Positions 37,900 through 50,993 of a stretch of 64,000 nt of DNA are shown piece by piece. Below the pieces are notes generated by a model, which worked only from the letters and a program-made list of their open reading frames with translations, was not told the origin of the DNA and ran no database searches. Positions within the stretch are counted from its first letter, which is position 1; every line of letters begins with the position of its first letter. Origin of the DNA: Rhizophagus irregularis (lineage: Eukaryota); assembly GCF_026210795.1 (NCBI RefSeq), contig NC_089430.1:3906001-3970000 (forward strand). Direction: 5' to 3'. The position numbers and the translations under genes were made by a program.

Positions 37900-40448
37900 A
37901 ACTTTTAATTCATTATTTATTTTACCAAATTCTGGTGTTTGTTCATATAAAAATCTTATTATTTTATTTGCAGCATCATCTGCTTCTACTAAACTAACTT
38001 TTCCAATACAGGTAGAAATTCATCTTTATCTATTAAAAACTCTTCTTTATTATTTGCATTTAATATAGTATCAATTATTTCATTATCAGTAAATCCTTTT
38101 TTTGGCATTTTATTATCTATATGAAGATACTCATACATGTACATTAAGATTACTTTTTGGAAGTTGAGCAATTAGCATATCAAGTTCCTTAATTTTTCTA
38201 TCTAATGTACTAAAAATTTAATATGTGCATTATTAAAATTTTATAATAATTTCTATATATACATCTTGTTATATCATATCTATCAGAGAGTTATTGAATT
38301 ATAAATTTTTAGAAATTTCTTCAATTTCATTATTTGGTGAAAGAATACCTGTTTTTTCCAGCAATTTGAAATTATTTAAGATGATACCATAGATCATGCT
38401 TCAGCTGCATTTTGCAAAGCATCATAAATTGTATAATCATTAAGTTTTTTTTATAATATCATCTTGCATATTATTATATGCATTGAGATTCCCTAATTTC
38501 CTCTTTCATCAAAATAAAGAGTTGTCACATCAAATCAGCATTCTCATGGACGATCAAACAAATAAACAAACAAACAAACAATTATGATCAACAAATAATA
38601 ATATTTCACATAAAATAAATCATGTTAGTAATACAAAACATCAAATGATATAAAATAAATTCAACTTCTCTAAATTTTCCCCATAATTCATCCTTTTATT
38701 AACATTTTCAAACTTCGATAGCTTTTATTATGAAGTATTTCATATTTATTTCAACTTCAAAAATTCAATAATTCTCATTACGAAAGTGTATATTTATTTC
38801 TTCTTGTGGTTATTATTAAAAAATTAAATATTAATTAAAACTTAGACGAACCATAAGTATATTCGAAATAACTTTTAATAATTAATATTTTATTGAGTTA
38901 CACTAAACTGTGAGATTCACTTTAAATTCCACTCCTATTTATACTTTTACAAATTTGATTTTCTATTTTATGTGTTATACTTTCTTTCATCTTTTTATTC
39001 TATTTTTTTCTAATCTGTTACTTTCTATTCTAATCATTCAATAAATATTACATTATAAAGAAATATTCTATCGTAAAGAAATAATCTTTTCAAGAAATAA
39101 TCTTGTAAAGAAATAATCTAATACTTATCAATTATTTCCAACTTATAATCTATACTTTGTGACTTATAACTACTCCTCCTAATTATTCCTATTGATGAAC
39201 TTGATAAACTTATTATTTTATTCCTATTGATGAGCTCAATAAACTGGTTGTTATGTTATAATCGATCAACTTCCTAATTAATCTATTTGATCTTCATTAA
39301 TTATTCAATAAATATTACATCATGTAGATTATTTCATTTTCCAAATGTTTATCCTTCTGGCTAATTATTTATCCAATTATGTGACTTTCTATCATATGAT
39401 CTTTCATTCAATACATTATTCTTCCATATTACAAGGTTATCCCGATATCTAGGGTCACAGTATAAATAATCCAAAAAAGTTTATATTTATAATGATATTT
39501 AAATGAATGAATTATATCTGCATCACATGATTGAAGTTTAGGTGTAGTATTTGGTGGTAAAAATTTTACTTCTATACTATTTAATTTTTCACGAGTTTTA
39601 TTTAAAATGAAATACACTGGTGCATTATCAATTAATAGAATGATCCTTCTATTTTTTTTTTTCATTATTTCATTAAGTTTAAAAAGAATCATATTAAAAA
39701 TATATACTAACTTGCACCCAAGCTTTATTGTTCCAAAAATAATAAACTGAAAGGTTCTTATAATTAATATTTCTTATAACGTATGGAGCTTTGTATTTAT
39801 AAATAAATAAAAGGGATATTTTTTCTATTCCAGTTGCATTTATTGCACAAAAAATTGTAACTTAAGATTTTTTTTTCTTATGTTCTGATAAAAAACTCAT
39901 GCTAATATTCTAAAAGGTTCCATTTTTCAGAAAAAACCAGTTTCATTCCCATTCCAAATATTCTTAGAATTGTAAAATGCAAGAATCTGTTATAAAGTAA
40001 GTCGGTCATGTTCTATTGATTTAGCAGAAAGTGCACTTGTGACTTCACTTTGCTTCTTGTATTGGCATAAACTATGATGTTTTTTAAGGTCAATTAATTA
40101 TTCATCTGGTTGATGAAAATCTTCTATTGAAAACTGGTTAGTAAAATAACTTACCTTTATTTTTAAAATATTACTATCAATATCTTGTTTTATATTAAAT
40201 GCATTGTCAACCCAAAAAGTAAGTGCATTTTTAAGTTATGACTACTTTGGACCACAAAATTTTTCAATACTTTTTTAATTTTCTGTAATTGAAAGCTATT
40301 ACTCTTTTTCTTTTAAAATATTTTTTATTGTTGATTTTCTAATATGATATTATTGTGCAAAACTAACGTTAAAAAGGTTAGAATTTTTTTTTATTTTACA
40401 AAGTTCATGTTTTTATGTAGCAAAAAGGATAACTTTCTTTCTTGACAT
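37900..40448 (-). pseudogene. Decayed pogo/Tigger (CENP-B-like, DDE_1) transposase
   Basis: MSRKKVIL.. N-terminus, IILLIDNAP, FLPPNTTPKLQSCDADII, DALQNAAEA, W.KTGILS; many stops and frameshifts; Tigger-like TIR ends at 40745; interrupted by a solo LTR. Confidence 0.85.
38484..39459 (-). mobile_element. Degenerate solo LTR related to the 11420-17265 element
   Basis: Reverse complement matches the LTR 3' part (CATGAGAATGC..GATGTG.CAAC..GGGAATCTCA); TG..CA ends; 4-bp TSD GCAT/GTAT. Confidence 0.85.
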
Positions 40449-41019
40449 ATCAGAATTTTTAAAACAAATTTTTCTGTTTCTGATAAGAAAAGATTGTTCA
40501 CATTTTGGTAAAATAGATTATCTGTGTTTAATTTTTATCATATAATATTTCAATATATCAAATATATAGGTTAATATAACCATTCAGTTAAAATACATTC
40601 GGATGCAGTATATAGCATTTTATTATATAGTTTCGTTATATTCAGCATAATTAATTGTAAAAAATTCAGGTTTGTGATATTTGGTTCAGTATATTAAAAT
40701 TTAAGTATATACAGATTACAGATTCGTTATATTCAGAATTCACTGTATTATTGAGTATAGACTTCCAGCATTATATCAATTTTATCAATTTTATTTTAAA
40801 GGTTTAATAGAATTATTATTTTTTTAATAAAGTGGTTTATACTTTATACCTATAATTGCATTTTCAGATATATTAAAGTTGCAAATTAAATTTATTTGAA
40901 ATTTGGCAAAATCTAAACTTTTAAGTTTTAATAAATATAATATTAAAATTTTAATATATATTTCTTTTCCAAAAGTATTCAGTTAACTAATAAATATTAT
41001 ATTTTATTAATAATAATTA

Positions 41020-41600
41020 GTATTTAGTTGGTCATATATTATTTTTAATGCATGCTTCAATTTGGCATGGCATGTTCTTAATTAAATTAATGTAAATTTG
41101 GAAATACTTTTCACTTTTTTGCAATGCTTTTTTAAGTTTTATAAAAATTCTTTGGATGTGCAGATAGTTTTTAAAGTCTCCATTCAAGTTTATGCAACAA
41201 ATATTCAATAGGATTAAGTAAGGTTGCTTGCCGAAACCTAGAGGTTTAGGCAAGATGGCGTTTCGCCGAAAAGCGAAATTCTGCCGAAACTATATTAAAG
41301 TTATATTAAAAAACTGGCGAAACTTTGGAGAATGGCGAAACTGCTAAAACTTATTATAAATGCCGAAACTGCCGAAACTCTGCCGAAACTATAATAAATC
41401 TATAGTAAAATTTTGACGAAACTAATCGTAGGATTTTGAAGAGGTTTAGACAAGCAACCTTAGGATTAAGGTCCAGGAATTGGGAAGACCAATTTGGAAG
41501 AACTTTAATCATTTTCTGTACAATCCAATTTTTAATTTCTCTTGTGATATAACTCAAAGTATTATTCATAATATTGCTTATGATGTTTTAATTGAATGAT
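41020..41600 (-). pseudogene. Tc1/mariner transposase C-terminal remnant
   Basis: WSSQFLDLNP|IE (consensus WPSQSPDLNPIE) and MPCQIEACIK; split by the hAT MITE. Confidence 0.7.
41219..41462. mobile_element. 244-bp hAT-type MITE (family A)
   Basis: TIR TAAGGTTGCTTG; 8-bp TSD GGATTAAG. Confidence 0.93.
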
Positions 41601-42309
41601 TTTAATTGCCAAATCTGATACATGCATTATAATAATAAACAATAAAAACACATCCATTTTAATCGTCAGAACCAGAGAAATTATTTTTTTTTTTAAAAAA
41701 AAATGATATTTAATATAATTGATCTAGAGAAAATCAAATAGAGCTTGGCTGGATACTTTTGGAAGGGTAGTGTAGATTTGCCTTTTCCAGAAATTTATTA
41801 ATAAATTTAATATATTTTGACTTTTTAATAGTTTTAAGAAATTTATTAAGATTTAAATAAAATTTTGTCAACAGTTTGCTAAATCTAGAGGTTTTACCTA
41901 TAATTTAATACCTTTAATTGGATTAGTAAAAAATTAGTACATTAATATTTGTTTTTTAATAATACAACTTATACCATCGTACTATTTGTACAGAGTGAAA
42001 TTTCTTTTTACAATGTGCATACTGTGTTTTTGAAAATTTTTTGTACTCTTGGGGTAGTTTAACTGATTCGTAATATTATAATCACATGATATCATGATAA
42101 TCAATGAAAAAGCATAGGGGCAAGAGATAGTTGAGCAAAAATTACATAATTTTGTAGGAACTTAGGGGTAGAAAATTATGTAATTTCTGCCTACATCAAC
42201 GATCATCAAACTTGTTAAAATGCTGATTTAAGATCATATATTGTTACACCTGATCCCGATAAAAAAATTTTTTTTTTTCACGGTTTATTATTTACTCAAT
42301 CAAGCTAAG

Positions 42310-43579
42310 ATGGGAAAAAGAAAAGCAAATAGTAAAAATGTTGATAAAGATGATCCTATGGATGTTTCAGAAGGGGAAGTGAATGAGGAAAGAGTATCTG
42401 ACGAAGAAAATGGGCATTCAGAGGTAACTTTAATTAATTACTTCGTATAAATCGCCAACCAGTTGTTTATGACTCCTTTTCTCTCAAACATTATTTATTG
42501 TAGGAAGAATTAGTTGATGTAGATTTTGACTTTTTTGATCCAAAAGAGATAGATTTTCATACGATAAAACAATTAATGATACAATTATTTTCGTCAGATG
42601 CAGAATTATTTAATTTAAGTGAACTATCAGAATTAATTATAAACCAACCATTATTAGGTACAACTGTTAAAGTTGATGGTACTGATTCCGATCCTTATGC
42701 TTTACTCACAGTATTAAATATGAATGAACATAAGGTAGTATTTGTTCGAGTTTTTTTATTATTTATATCGAGTTAATTAATACATAATAATTTTTAAAAA
42801 TTTTAGAATAAAGAGTGTATAAAACAAATAAAGAATTATTTAATAGAAAAGACAAAGAAACTTACAAATTTGAATGAAAAGTTAGTTGAATTATTAAAAG
42901 ATACCTCAAAAAATAATATTGGACTAATATTAAGCGAAAGATTAATAAATATGCCGGTACAGATTGTTCCTCCAATGTATAAAATGTTACAAGAAGAAAT
43001 TCAATGGGCTATCGAGGATGTAAATATGTATTTATTATTTATTAACTTATGAAAAATTTAAGAGGCTAAAAGTCTATTCTTTTTCTTTGTATCAGAATGA
43101 GCCATATGAATTTGAATGGTATCTTATTATAACCAAAACATACAGAGAAATTGCCTCTACTTTGGACGAAGAAAGTGAGATCCCAAAACAAAAAAAGAAA
43201 AAAGCCAAAGTTGTACGTATTAAATTTTACAATTTAAATTTATTACGCATGCGTATTATTAAAAATTTTCTTCTTATTAGTCTGAACCGACTATCTTTTA
43301 TTTTCATCCCGAAGATGAAATCATTGAACAGGTAATTAAATGATTTTAAATTCATGTCATTTCATAATTCACGTTCTTAATTTAAATGTATTCTTTTTTC
43401 GGAATGTTTGATAGATCGCGGATTATCAATGTAATTTTAAATTAACAAAACAACATTTATCATCCGATTCAAAAAGAGCCTTTTCGGATTTTGGCATTGC
43501 ACCCGCAATGAAAATATTTTTATTACATAAAAGTAAATTGGATAAATTAATTAACGATTTAGAGGTAGCTTGCAAATAA
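42310..43579 (+). CDS. BCP1: BCP1/BCCIP family protein (6 exons)
   Basis: Exons 42310-42423, 42504-42734, 42807-43019, 43096-43212, 43281-43331, 43415-43579 with GT-AG introns; motifs VDFDFFDP, GTTVKVDG.DSDPY, LSERLINMP, YFHPEDE. Confidence 0.93.
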
Positions 43580-43723
43580 AAAAATCCAAGATTTATGAAG
43601 TTTTCACATGTCGAGTAAGTTTGAAAAATTTTTAATCTTGTTATGCAAATTGAATTTTAAATAACTAAAAATACAATTGATATATTACATGAATAATAAT
43701 TAATGGTCTATTATGTAATATTA

Positions 43724-44598
43724 TTAGCAGCCTTCCCAAGTAATTGGAACTCTACCCTCATCTAATTCAGCAATTTTCTGTTTAAAAAATTTTTAAATTT
43801 TTAATTAGTTTACTGTATATTATGTATTGTACATAACGATTGAGCATATATATATATACTAATTACCTTAAATGCCGCTGGTGACATATCAATGTCTCCA
43901 CGTTTACATACCGGGCACTAACGGAAAAAAATATATTAAATTTATTAAAACTTTTAAATAATAATAATTTTGAATAAATTATTTACCTTATCGACCAACT
44001 TTACTTTAACGGAACCCTTTGGTCCGGTAATTTTTATACATTTGCCGCATATCGGTGAATCTGCCGGATCACTAAATTTTCCATATTGGGGAGCATTCTA
44101 TAATAAAGAATTTAAGAAAAGATTTATTATTTGCTAATCTCCAAATTAAAAAATTTAAATCCATATATTATAACTCACCAGGGCTGCAACAAATTCGCTA
44201 TCATCATTTTGCCAGCCACATGATCCAGTACCTACACTAGGATCTAATATGGAATGAATTAGTATAAAACTAATATTATTGAAATTATACAGTATAATTG
44301 ACTTACTATAAAAAGTTCCATCTCCTTTACCACTCATATTAATACCAGGTTTACCAGTATCTTGTGAATCACCGTTTGAAAATCCACCAACGGCAGCAAC
44401 AATGATTATAACCAATATTATAATAAAAAATATTATTAATGATACTATAATTGGTTTTTTATTTTTCTTAAAAAATTCAGCTGTTTTTGGAAATTTTTCC
44501 GAAAACCGAGTCATAAATTTTGAATCAGAATTGGATTCATTTGAGGGTTTATTGAAAAATGGAAGTGATGGAAGCGTTTTTTCTTTATTGGATACCAT
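43724..44598 (-). CDS. Expansin-like/RlpA double-psi beta-barrel protein with an N-terminal transmembrane anchor (5 exons)
   Basis: Exons 44598-44307, 44243-44179, 44097-43987, 43917-43867, 43777-43724; motifs GDGTFY, GSCG, CGKCIKI, VDKCPVC..GDIDMSPAAF, GRVPITW. Confidence 0.9.
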
Positions 44599-46334
44599 TT
44601 TTTTTAGATTTTTAGGAATTTATTTTTCATTAACTTTTTGAACCTGCAAATAACTTTTTTGTAAAAATTTTTTGAGTGAATATCTTTTTTGATATTAAAA
44701 AAAAAGTTAGTCAGGAATAAAAAAAAAATTCTGAAAAAAAAATTGAAATCAATTCAACTTTTTATTTCAAAATTTTTTTTCAGAATTTTTTTTTAAAAAA
44801 AATAAAGAGGATTCCTAATAAAGAAAAAAAAACAAAACTAGTGTAAGATAAATTGAATCGTCGTCATAATTCGTAATTTAAAGGCGGGAAAATCATTGGA
44901 GTATTAACTAATTCAAGTTAGATTCTCACCTTTTTTAATATAGACGATATCAAACCGTCAAAATGAAACAAAAGACCTTTGAATCAAGAAAATATTCACT
45001 AGAGAAAATTTTTTTTAAAAAAAATTCAATTATTTATATAAATTTTTCTTGATTTTTTCTTGATTTTTTCAACAAATTTGTTGCTATAGTAATTTTTTAA
45101 TATTAATTTTGTTTGTTGTAAAAGGAAATAAACATAGTAGGAACCTGCAGGTAATGAACAGGAAGATAATATTTAGTATGTATGCGCGTCAATGTATGCA
45201 CTCTAAGTATAAAGCGGATTGTATATATGCATATCTTGATGAAAAAAACCTTTCTCTGTTTCAAAGATGCTAATGCAAGAATAACTATAGACACTAAAAT
45301 GTATTTCAAATTTTTTATTTTAAATAACTTTGTTTTTCAAAAAAAGGTAATGAGTGTTAGACAATATTTTATGCTTTTTTCTACTACGATTAAAGAATGT
45401 GGGGTACAATTGTTCAATATTCATTATTGTGACGTGACACGAAATTAAAAAGGTGGGCGGAATCACTTTGCAGATCACTAGTCACTGTCGCATTTAAAAG
45501 TTACATTTATAGAGAAAAAGATAATTTCTTTTAACTTCTTTAAACAAGGATGTTTTTACTCTTATAGTCACTTATAATTTGCAAATGCAAAAATGATAAG
45601 CTGTCACGTTGCATTGACTCAAAAAAAAAAATAGTAAACCGAAAAGTATTACAAGCTATCTTATAAAGAAAATATTATATACTACTAGAAGTAAGTAAAG
45701 AACCATTCATTAATTTCTTCATTTAAAAATTTAGTGTTGAAATCCTTTCCTTATGCTACTGCCAAATCGGGATCGATTTTCTTTAAATAACTTGCCACAG
45801 ATTCTTAGAATAAGTCCATGAACAAACATAAGAGAATCTAGCACCAAGTTAATGAACAAAGGACCATATGATATCTACTGTCGAAGAAGGCTCTATGTCC
45901 TATAAACACGGAAATAGGGTACCTCAATGATGTTGGAAGCTTTCAATGACTTTTATTGGAATTGGAAATATTATTGGAATCGGAAGAATTATTGGAAGCT
46001 TCCAACTTCCAGTACATCATCACTGTGTACATATCTGTTTTAACGAATTAAAATTTAATTTTTCGCCATTCATTGGATTGAGGAATGTAACTATTCTGTG
46101 AAACTTGAAACAAGAATCAGGTATTATGTAATATTGCAACATTTTTCCGAGTAGAATGCAATAATTAAATAAAAGATCATTCTGACTTATATACAGAAAG
46201 ACTTCTTTTTAACTATTTTTTTTTAGTATAGTTCTCAACCTATCGTCATGAGGAGTGTCATGAGGCTAATTTTGTTAAAGTAACACGAAAGATCCTAAAA
46301 AAAACAAATAAACAAGTCATAACAACGTTAGTCA

Positions 46335-46564
46335 CACGTGCCATAATTTATTGGTTCCTTAATCCCTGATTCAGCTGAATTAATTATTTCCTTTAAAGTA
46401 AATGAGATAGGAGGGAATTTAAAAAGATGTTTATTTTAGAAATCGGCTGAAACCTTAAATCTGTGACACTACAAAATTACGAAATTACGGATTTTTCTTT
46501 TCTTTTTTTATTTTTTTTTAAAAAATTATAATTGCCTATGAAGTATGAACATGATTTCCACGTG
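46335..46564. promoter_or_regulatory. Two CACGTG E-boxes (candidate Pho4 sites) upstream of the alkaline phosphatase
   Basis: CACGTG at 46335-46340 and 46559-46564; CACGTT at 45605. Confidence 0.4.
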
Positions 46565-46765
46565 TGTAAAATGATTCGATTAAATAAAAAACATTCATGT
46601 ATTTTGATTTTCAGCCTTTTGTAGGGATGCTGGTTAATGATACCAAATAAATTTTTATATTTAAACCACTCATAAATACTTACATTCCTTTTTAAAATTT
46701 TTAGAAGTTTTGCTTCTTTTATTGATTCATTTGTTGAATAAGTTCCAACTTTTATTACAGGAATC

Positions 46766-49326
46766 ATGAGCACTCACGGAGATCCAGCAGAAACGGAACG
46801 TTTACTTGGTCTTGGCCAAGAACGAAGAAAGGTCGGAATAACTTATTCATAGTAATAACAAGAAAAAATTTTCTAAGCTTATTAAAAATTACCTGTGAAT
46901 TAATCGATTAAATGAAATGTCAAATCATTTTTTTTTTTCTATCGATTAATTTTTAATTCAATCATCTGAAGACGCGTAAAGAAGTGTGTACTGTAATTTT
47001 CGCTGCGGTGATAATCGTAGCCGCAGTAATAGTAATAGTTTCATTATGGACATCATTATCTTATGGTAAGAAGCGAGAGATCAAAAATTTGTATCATATC
47101 AAAAATATTTCTTTAATCAACATTTATTATTAGATGATTCTTATGAGAAAAGAAATGTCATCCTTATGATCTCTGATGGATTTGGTCCTGCATCGGAAAC
47201 ATTCGCTCGCGATTACGTACAATATGTAAAAAAATTGAACTATAATTATCTCACTCCATTAGATAAAATTCTTGTTGGATCTTCTCGAACTAGATCATCA
47301 GATAGCCTTGTCACTGATTCCGCTGCTGGAGCTACAGCTTTTGCATGTACTATTAAAACTTATAATCGCGCTATAGGAGGTTAATTTTTGTCATTTATGA
47401 TTATTTTTTTGTTTTAAATATTTATACTTAACTAAATTTGTGTGTGTATGTAACGAATAGTTAATCCGGAGAAAGTTCCTTGTGGTACCGTGTTGGAATC
47501 TGCCAAACACTTAGGTTTAGCGACTGGCTTAGTTGTCACGAGCCGTATCACTCATGCTACACCAGCCACGTTCTCGGCTCATGTAGTTGATAGGGATATG
47601 GAAGCTGATATTGCTGCACAACAAATTGGCGATTATCCTCTTGGAAGACAAGTTGATTTAATGTTTGGTGGAGGTCGATGCTTTTTCTTGCCAAATAGTA
47701 CAGAAGGAAGTTGTAGAATTGATGAACGTGACTTGGTTAAAGAGTCAAAAGAAAGAGGGTTTAAATATTTTTCTACAAGGAAAGAGTTTGATGATCTTGA
47801 ACCAAGAAAAGACAAGTATGATCTTCCTTGCCTTATTTGTTTTACTAAGATTTTATTATGTAACTCATTTAATTTACATGTATATATATATATTGAAGGT
47901 TTCCCCTTTTAGGACTCTTTACACTCGATGTAAGTTCTCTCTTCATATGTTATCGATAATGATGATGTTAAAATTAACGTACATGATTTAATAGCATATG
48001 TCATATGAAATTGATCGTGATCCTACTAAAGAGCCATCTTTGAAAGAAATGTCAGAAAAAGCTCTTAAATTCCTCGAATCTGCAACTGCTGATAGTGATA
48101 AAGGCTTTTTCCTTATGATTGAAGGCAGTAGGATTGGTAATTATTAAAATGAAAAAAAAAATTTTTGATTCTAATGAAATTTACATCAAACATTTTGTCT
48201 AATTTTTTTTTATGAATTCATTTCAAAGATATGGCTGCTCATTCGTATGGATTTTTTTTTTCATTATTTGCTGACTCAACAATTTTTCTTTTTTAGTAAC
48301 ATATTGCAAAAATCATGAAAATATTAAAGATTTGTTTAAAATTACTTAAATTACTTGTAGAAATGATGCCGCCACACATGCTCATGATATTATGGCTTAT
48401 CATGAAACGATTGATCTAGTCAAGAAATATGTCGATAAACATCCTGGTACAGTTATGATTTCAGTCAGTGATCACGAAACTGGTGGATTGTCACTCGCTC
48501 GTCAAGTTTCCGATCTACCACAATATCTATGGTATATTTATTATTTTCGTTCATGAAATTTTAATGCTAAATTTAAAATTAAAATTCATACTTAAATTTA
48601 AAATTATTTTGATAGGTATCCTGAACCTGTCTCGCGTGTAAAGAATTCATCATTTATTCTTTCACAGGAGCTATTGAATTATTGGGAAAACGATCGTGAA
48701 GCTTATATTAAAAATATAATTCGTAGCGGATTAGGAATCGGAGATATTGATGATTATGATGTTAATTGGTTAAATCAAAATCGTACTCAATTAGATTATG
48801 AATACTTTTTGGCTAATATTACAAACTTTAGGGCTCAACTTGGGGCAAGTGCCTTAGTCAATTTTTTTTACTAGAGTTATTTGAATACACAGTATGACTA
48901 AAATTTTCTTAAACAAATCTCTCTATTAGTGGGCGACACATGGACATTCTTCTGTTGATGTTAATCTTTATGCATACGGACAAGGTAGTGATGCTTTACG
49001 CGGAAATCATGAAAATACTGATATTGGAGATTTTATTGTCAAATATCTTAATTTGGACCTTGATTTTATCACATATAAATTAAATAGGCATGTATTAAGT
49101 ATCTAATAATGTTATTTATTGGTATATTTATAAGCTTAACTTATTAACAAATCTTTCTTTTTTCCTACTTAACAGTGATAATGGTATATATTTTCAAATA
49201 CATATTAAATCAAATTAAATAGTTTACTAATTATTATTATTACTAATTATTATTATTTTTATAGGAACATTTCATCAAGCTTTTGAATCCACTCATTTCC
49301 ATAATGATGAACACCACCATCACTAA
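46766..49326 (+). CDS. PHO8: Vacuolar/repressible alkaline phosphatase, type II membrane protein, multi-exon
   Basis: TM exon 46972-47065; motifs ISDGFG, VTDSAAGATA (catalytic Ser), THATPA, EGSRIDMAAHSND, SDHETGG, THGHSSVDV; ends HHHH-stop. Confidence 0.93.
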
Positions 49327-49840
49327 AATTAAATTTATCTTATTTATACATAGTAGAGCGATACAATAACATTTTTTTTTTTGTATAATATATTTATAAA
49401 TAAAGTTAAATTTTTATTGAATTAAATACATAAATATTAACAGTATTAATTGTCAAAGATCAAGGTATCCTAATATAAGCAATTTTGATTAACTGGACCT
49501 TTGACAAACCGGATTTGGTGTTATTTAGGATTTTTCTTTTAGAACCAAATCTAAAATTAATATAACTGGAATACTGGATTTTATTAGTATAATCATAATA
49601 CTTTATAAATTGGGATTCTAAGTCAGTTGTATCAAAAAAAATTTCTGTGTAGGGAGGATGTGTTAGGATTGTCATATTTGCAATCATTAATTTAGCCAGA
49701 GTTTGCAAATTATAATGTTGGCTAACATTATATAATTCTGATTAATCACAGAATTTTACAGAATTAACTTTTATTTCAGATAGAATTCATTCTAATCATT
49801 GCAGAAAATCATCTCCTCTAATTCCATGATTTATTGGATA

Positions 49841-49975
49841 CCGTATTTGCCCAAAAACAAACAATTACCTAAAATAAGCAACATGGCCCACATTATAACA
49901 AATTTTGGCCCATATTATCAAAACTTGGATGGCATTATGTGCAAAAACTTGTTGCTTATTTTCGGGCAAATATAG
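49841..49975. mobile_element. Tc1/mariner-type MITE
   Basis: TA|CCGTATTTGCCC..GGGCAAATATAG|TA. Confidence 0.7.
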
Positions 49976-50172
49976 TATTTAGATTTTTTCTAAATATATT
50001 TAATATAATAAACTTCCTTTATAATTATTTTCATTATAATTACATTTTACTATATAGTTATACTAGTTAAATATTTAAAGTACTTTGTTATTAAAATTTA
50101 TTCTAATCTATCTATAGTTACTCTATTACATCTACAATCAACTCCTTTATATATAATCATACCTCTTGGAAT

Positions 50173-50397
50173 AGGACCCCGCCTACTATTAAGATAAGTC
50201 ACCCTGTAGCATAAGGTAAGGTTTACATATAAAACTCTTTAAAGATCCTACTATAAAAGGAAATTTTATGTTATATTGTTATGATTTTTTTCCTTTTTAG
50301 TTAATTAACCAATAGAATTTAAGCAAATCCTAAGGTAAGGTTTCATATGAAAGTGAAATTTCTACTGGTAACATATCTTAGTAATAGGCGGGGTCCT
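50173..50397. mobile_element. MITE, interior related to family B
   Basis: TIR AGGACCCCGCCTA.TA.TAAGAT. Confidence 0.75.
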
Positions 50398-50993
50398 CTT
50401 AGAACTACCCAATAGTGTAATTATAATGAGATATGCCTATTGGTAAAGATATTAATCCAGTACTCCTGTATACAAATAAATATGATTATATATGTAAAAT
50501 ATTTGCAAAAATATTTTATAATATAAAATATATTTAAAATTATTTATTTATTAAAGATATTGGAAAAATAAAAACTTTTTCTACTATCAAGTTCAAAATG
50601 CAAACTACAGTCAACTCTCTTTATAGTCACACATTTGGGACAGTCCATATTTGGTGATTATGAGCAAACAGTCTTATGACTTTATCTTTTATTATAATTT
50701 TCAAACGAAGAGTACAATAATCAAATCGAACAATATTACAAATGAAATATAGAAAAATAAACATAAAAAATAAAAAGAACTAGCTTCACGACTTATACAA
50801 GTAAAGAAATCTAAACTAAAATAAAATTAAAGCAAAGAAAAACTGAACTATTACAGAATCGCATACCCCAACTTTACCCGAAGGCCAGTGTGAGTCAACT
50901 ATCCAGCATGCCCTAAGATCTGATCCGTTATCAAAAAGAAATCCTAAGTAGAGGCTGAACTGTTAAGCGGCGCCAAAAATCCAAGTGCGAGAT

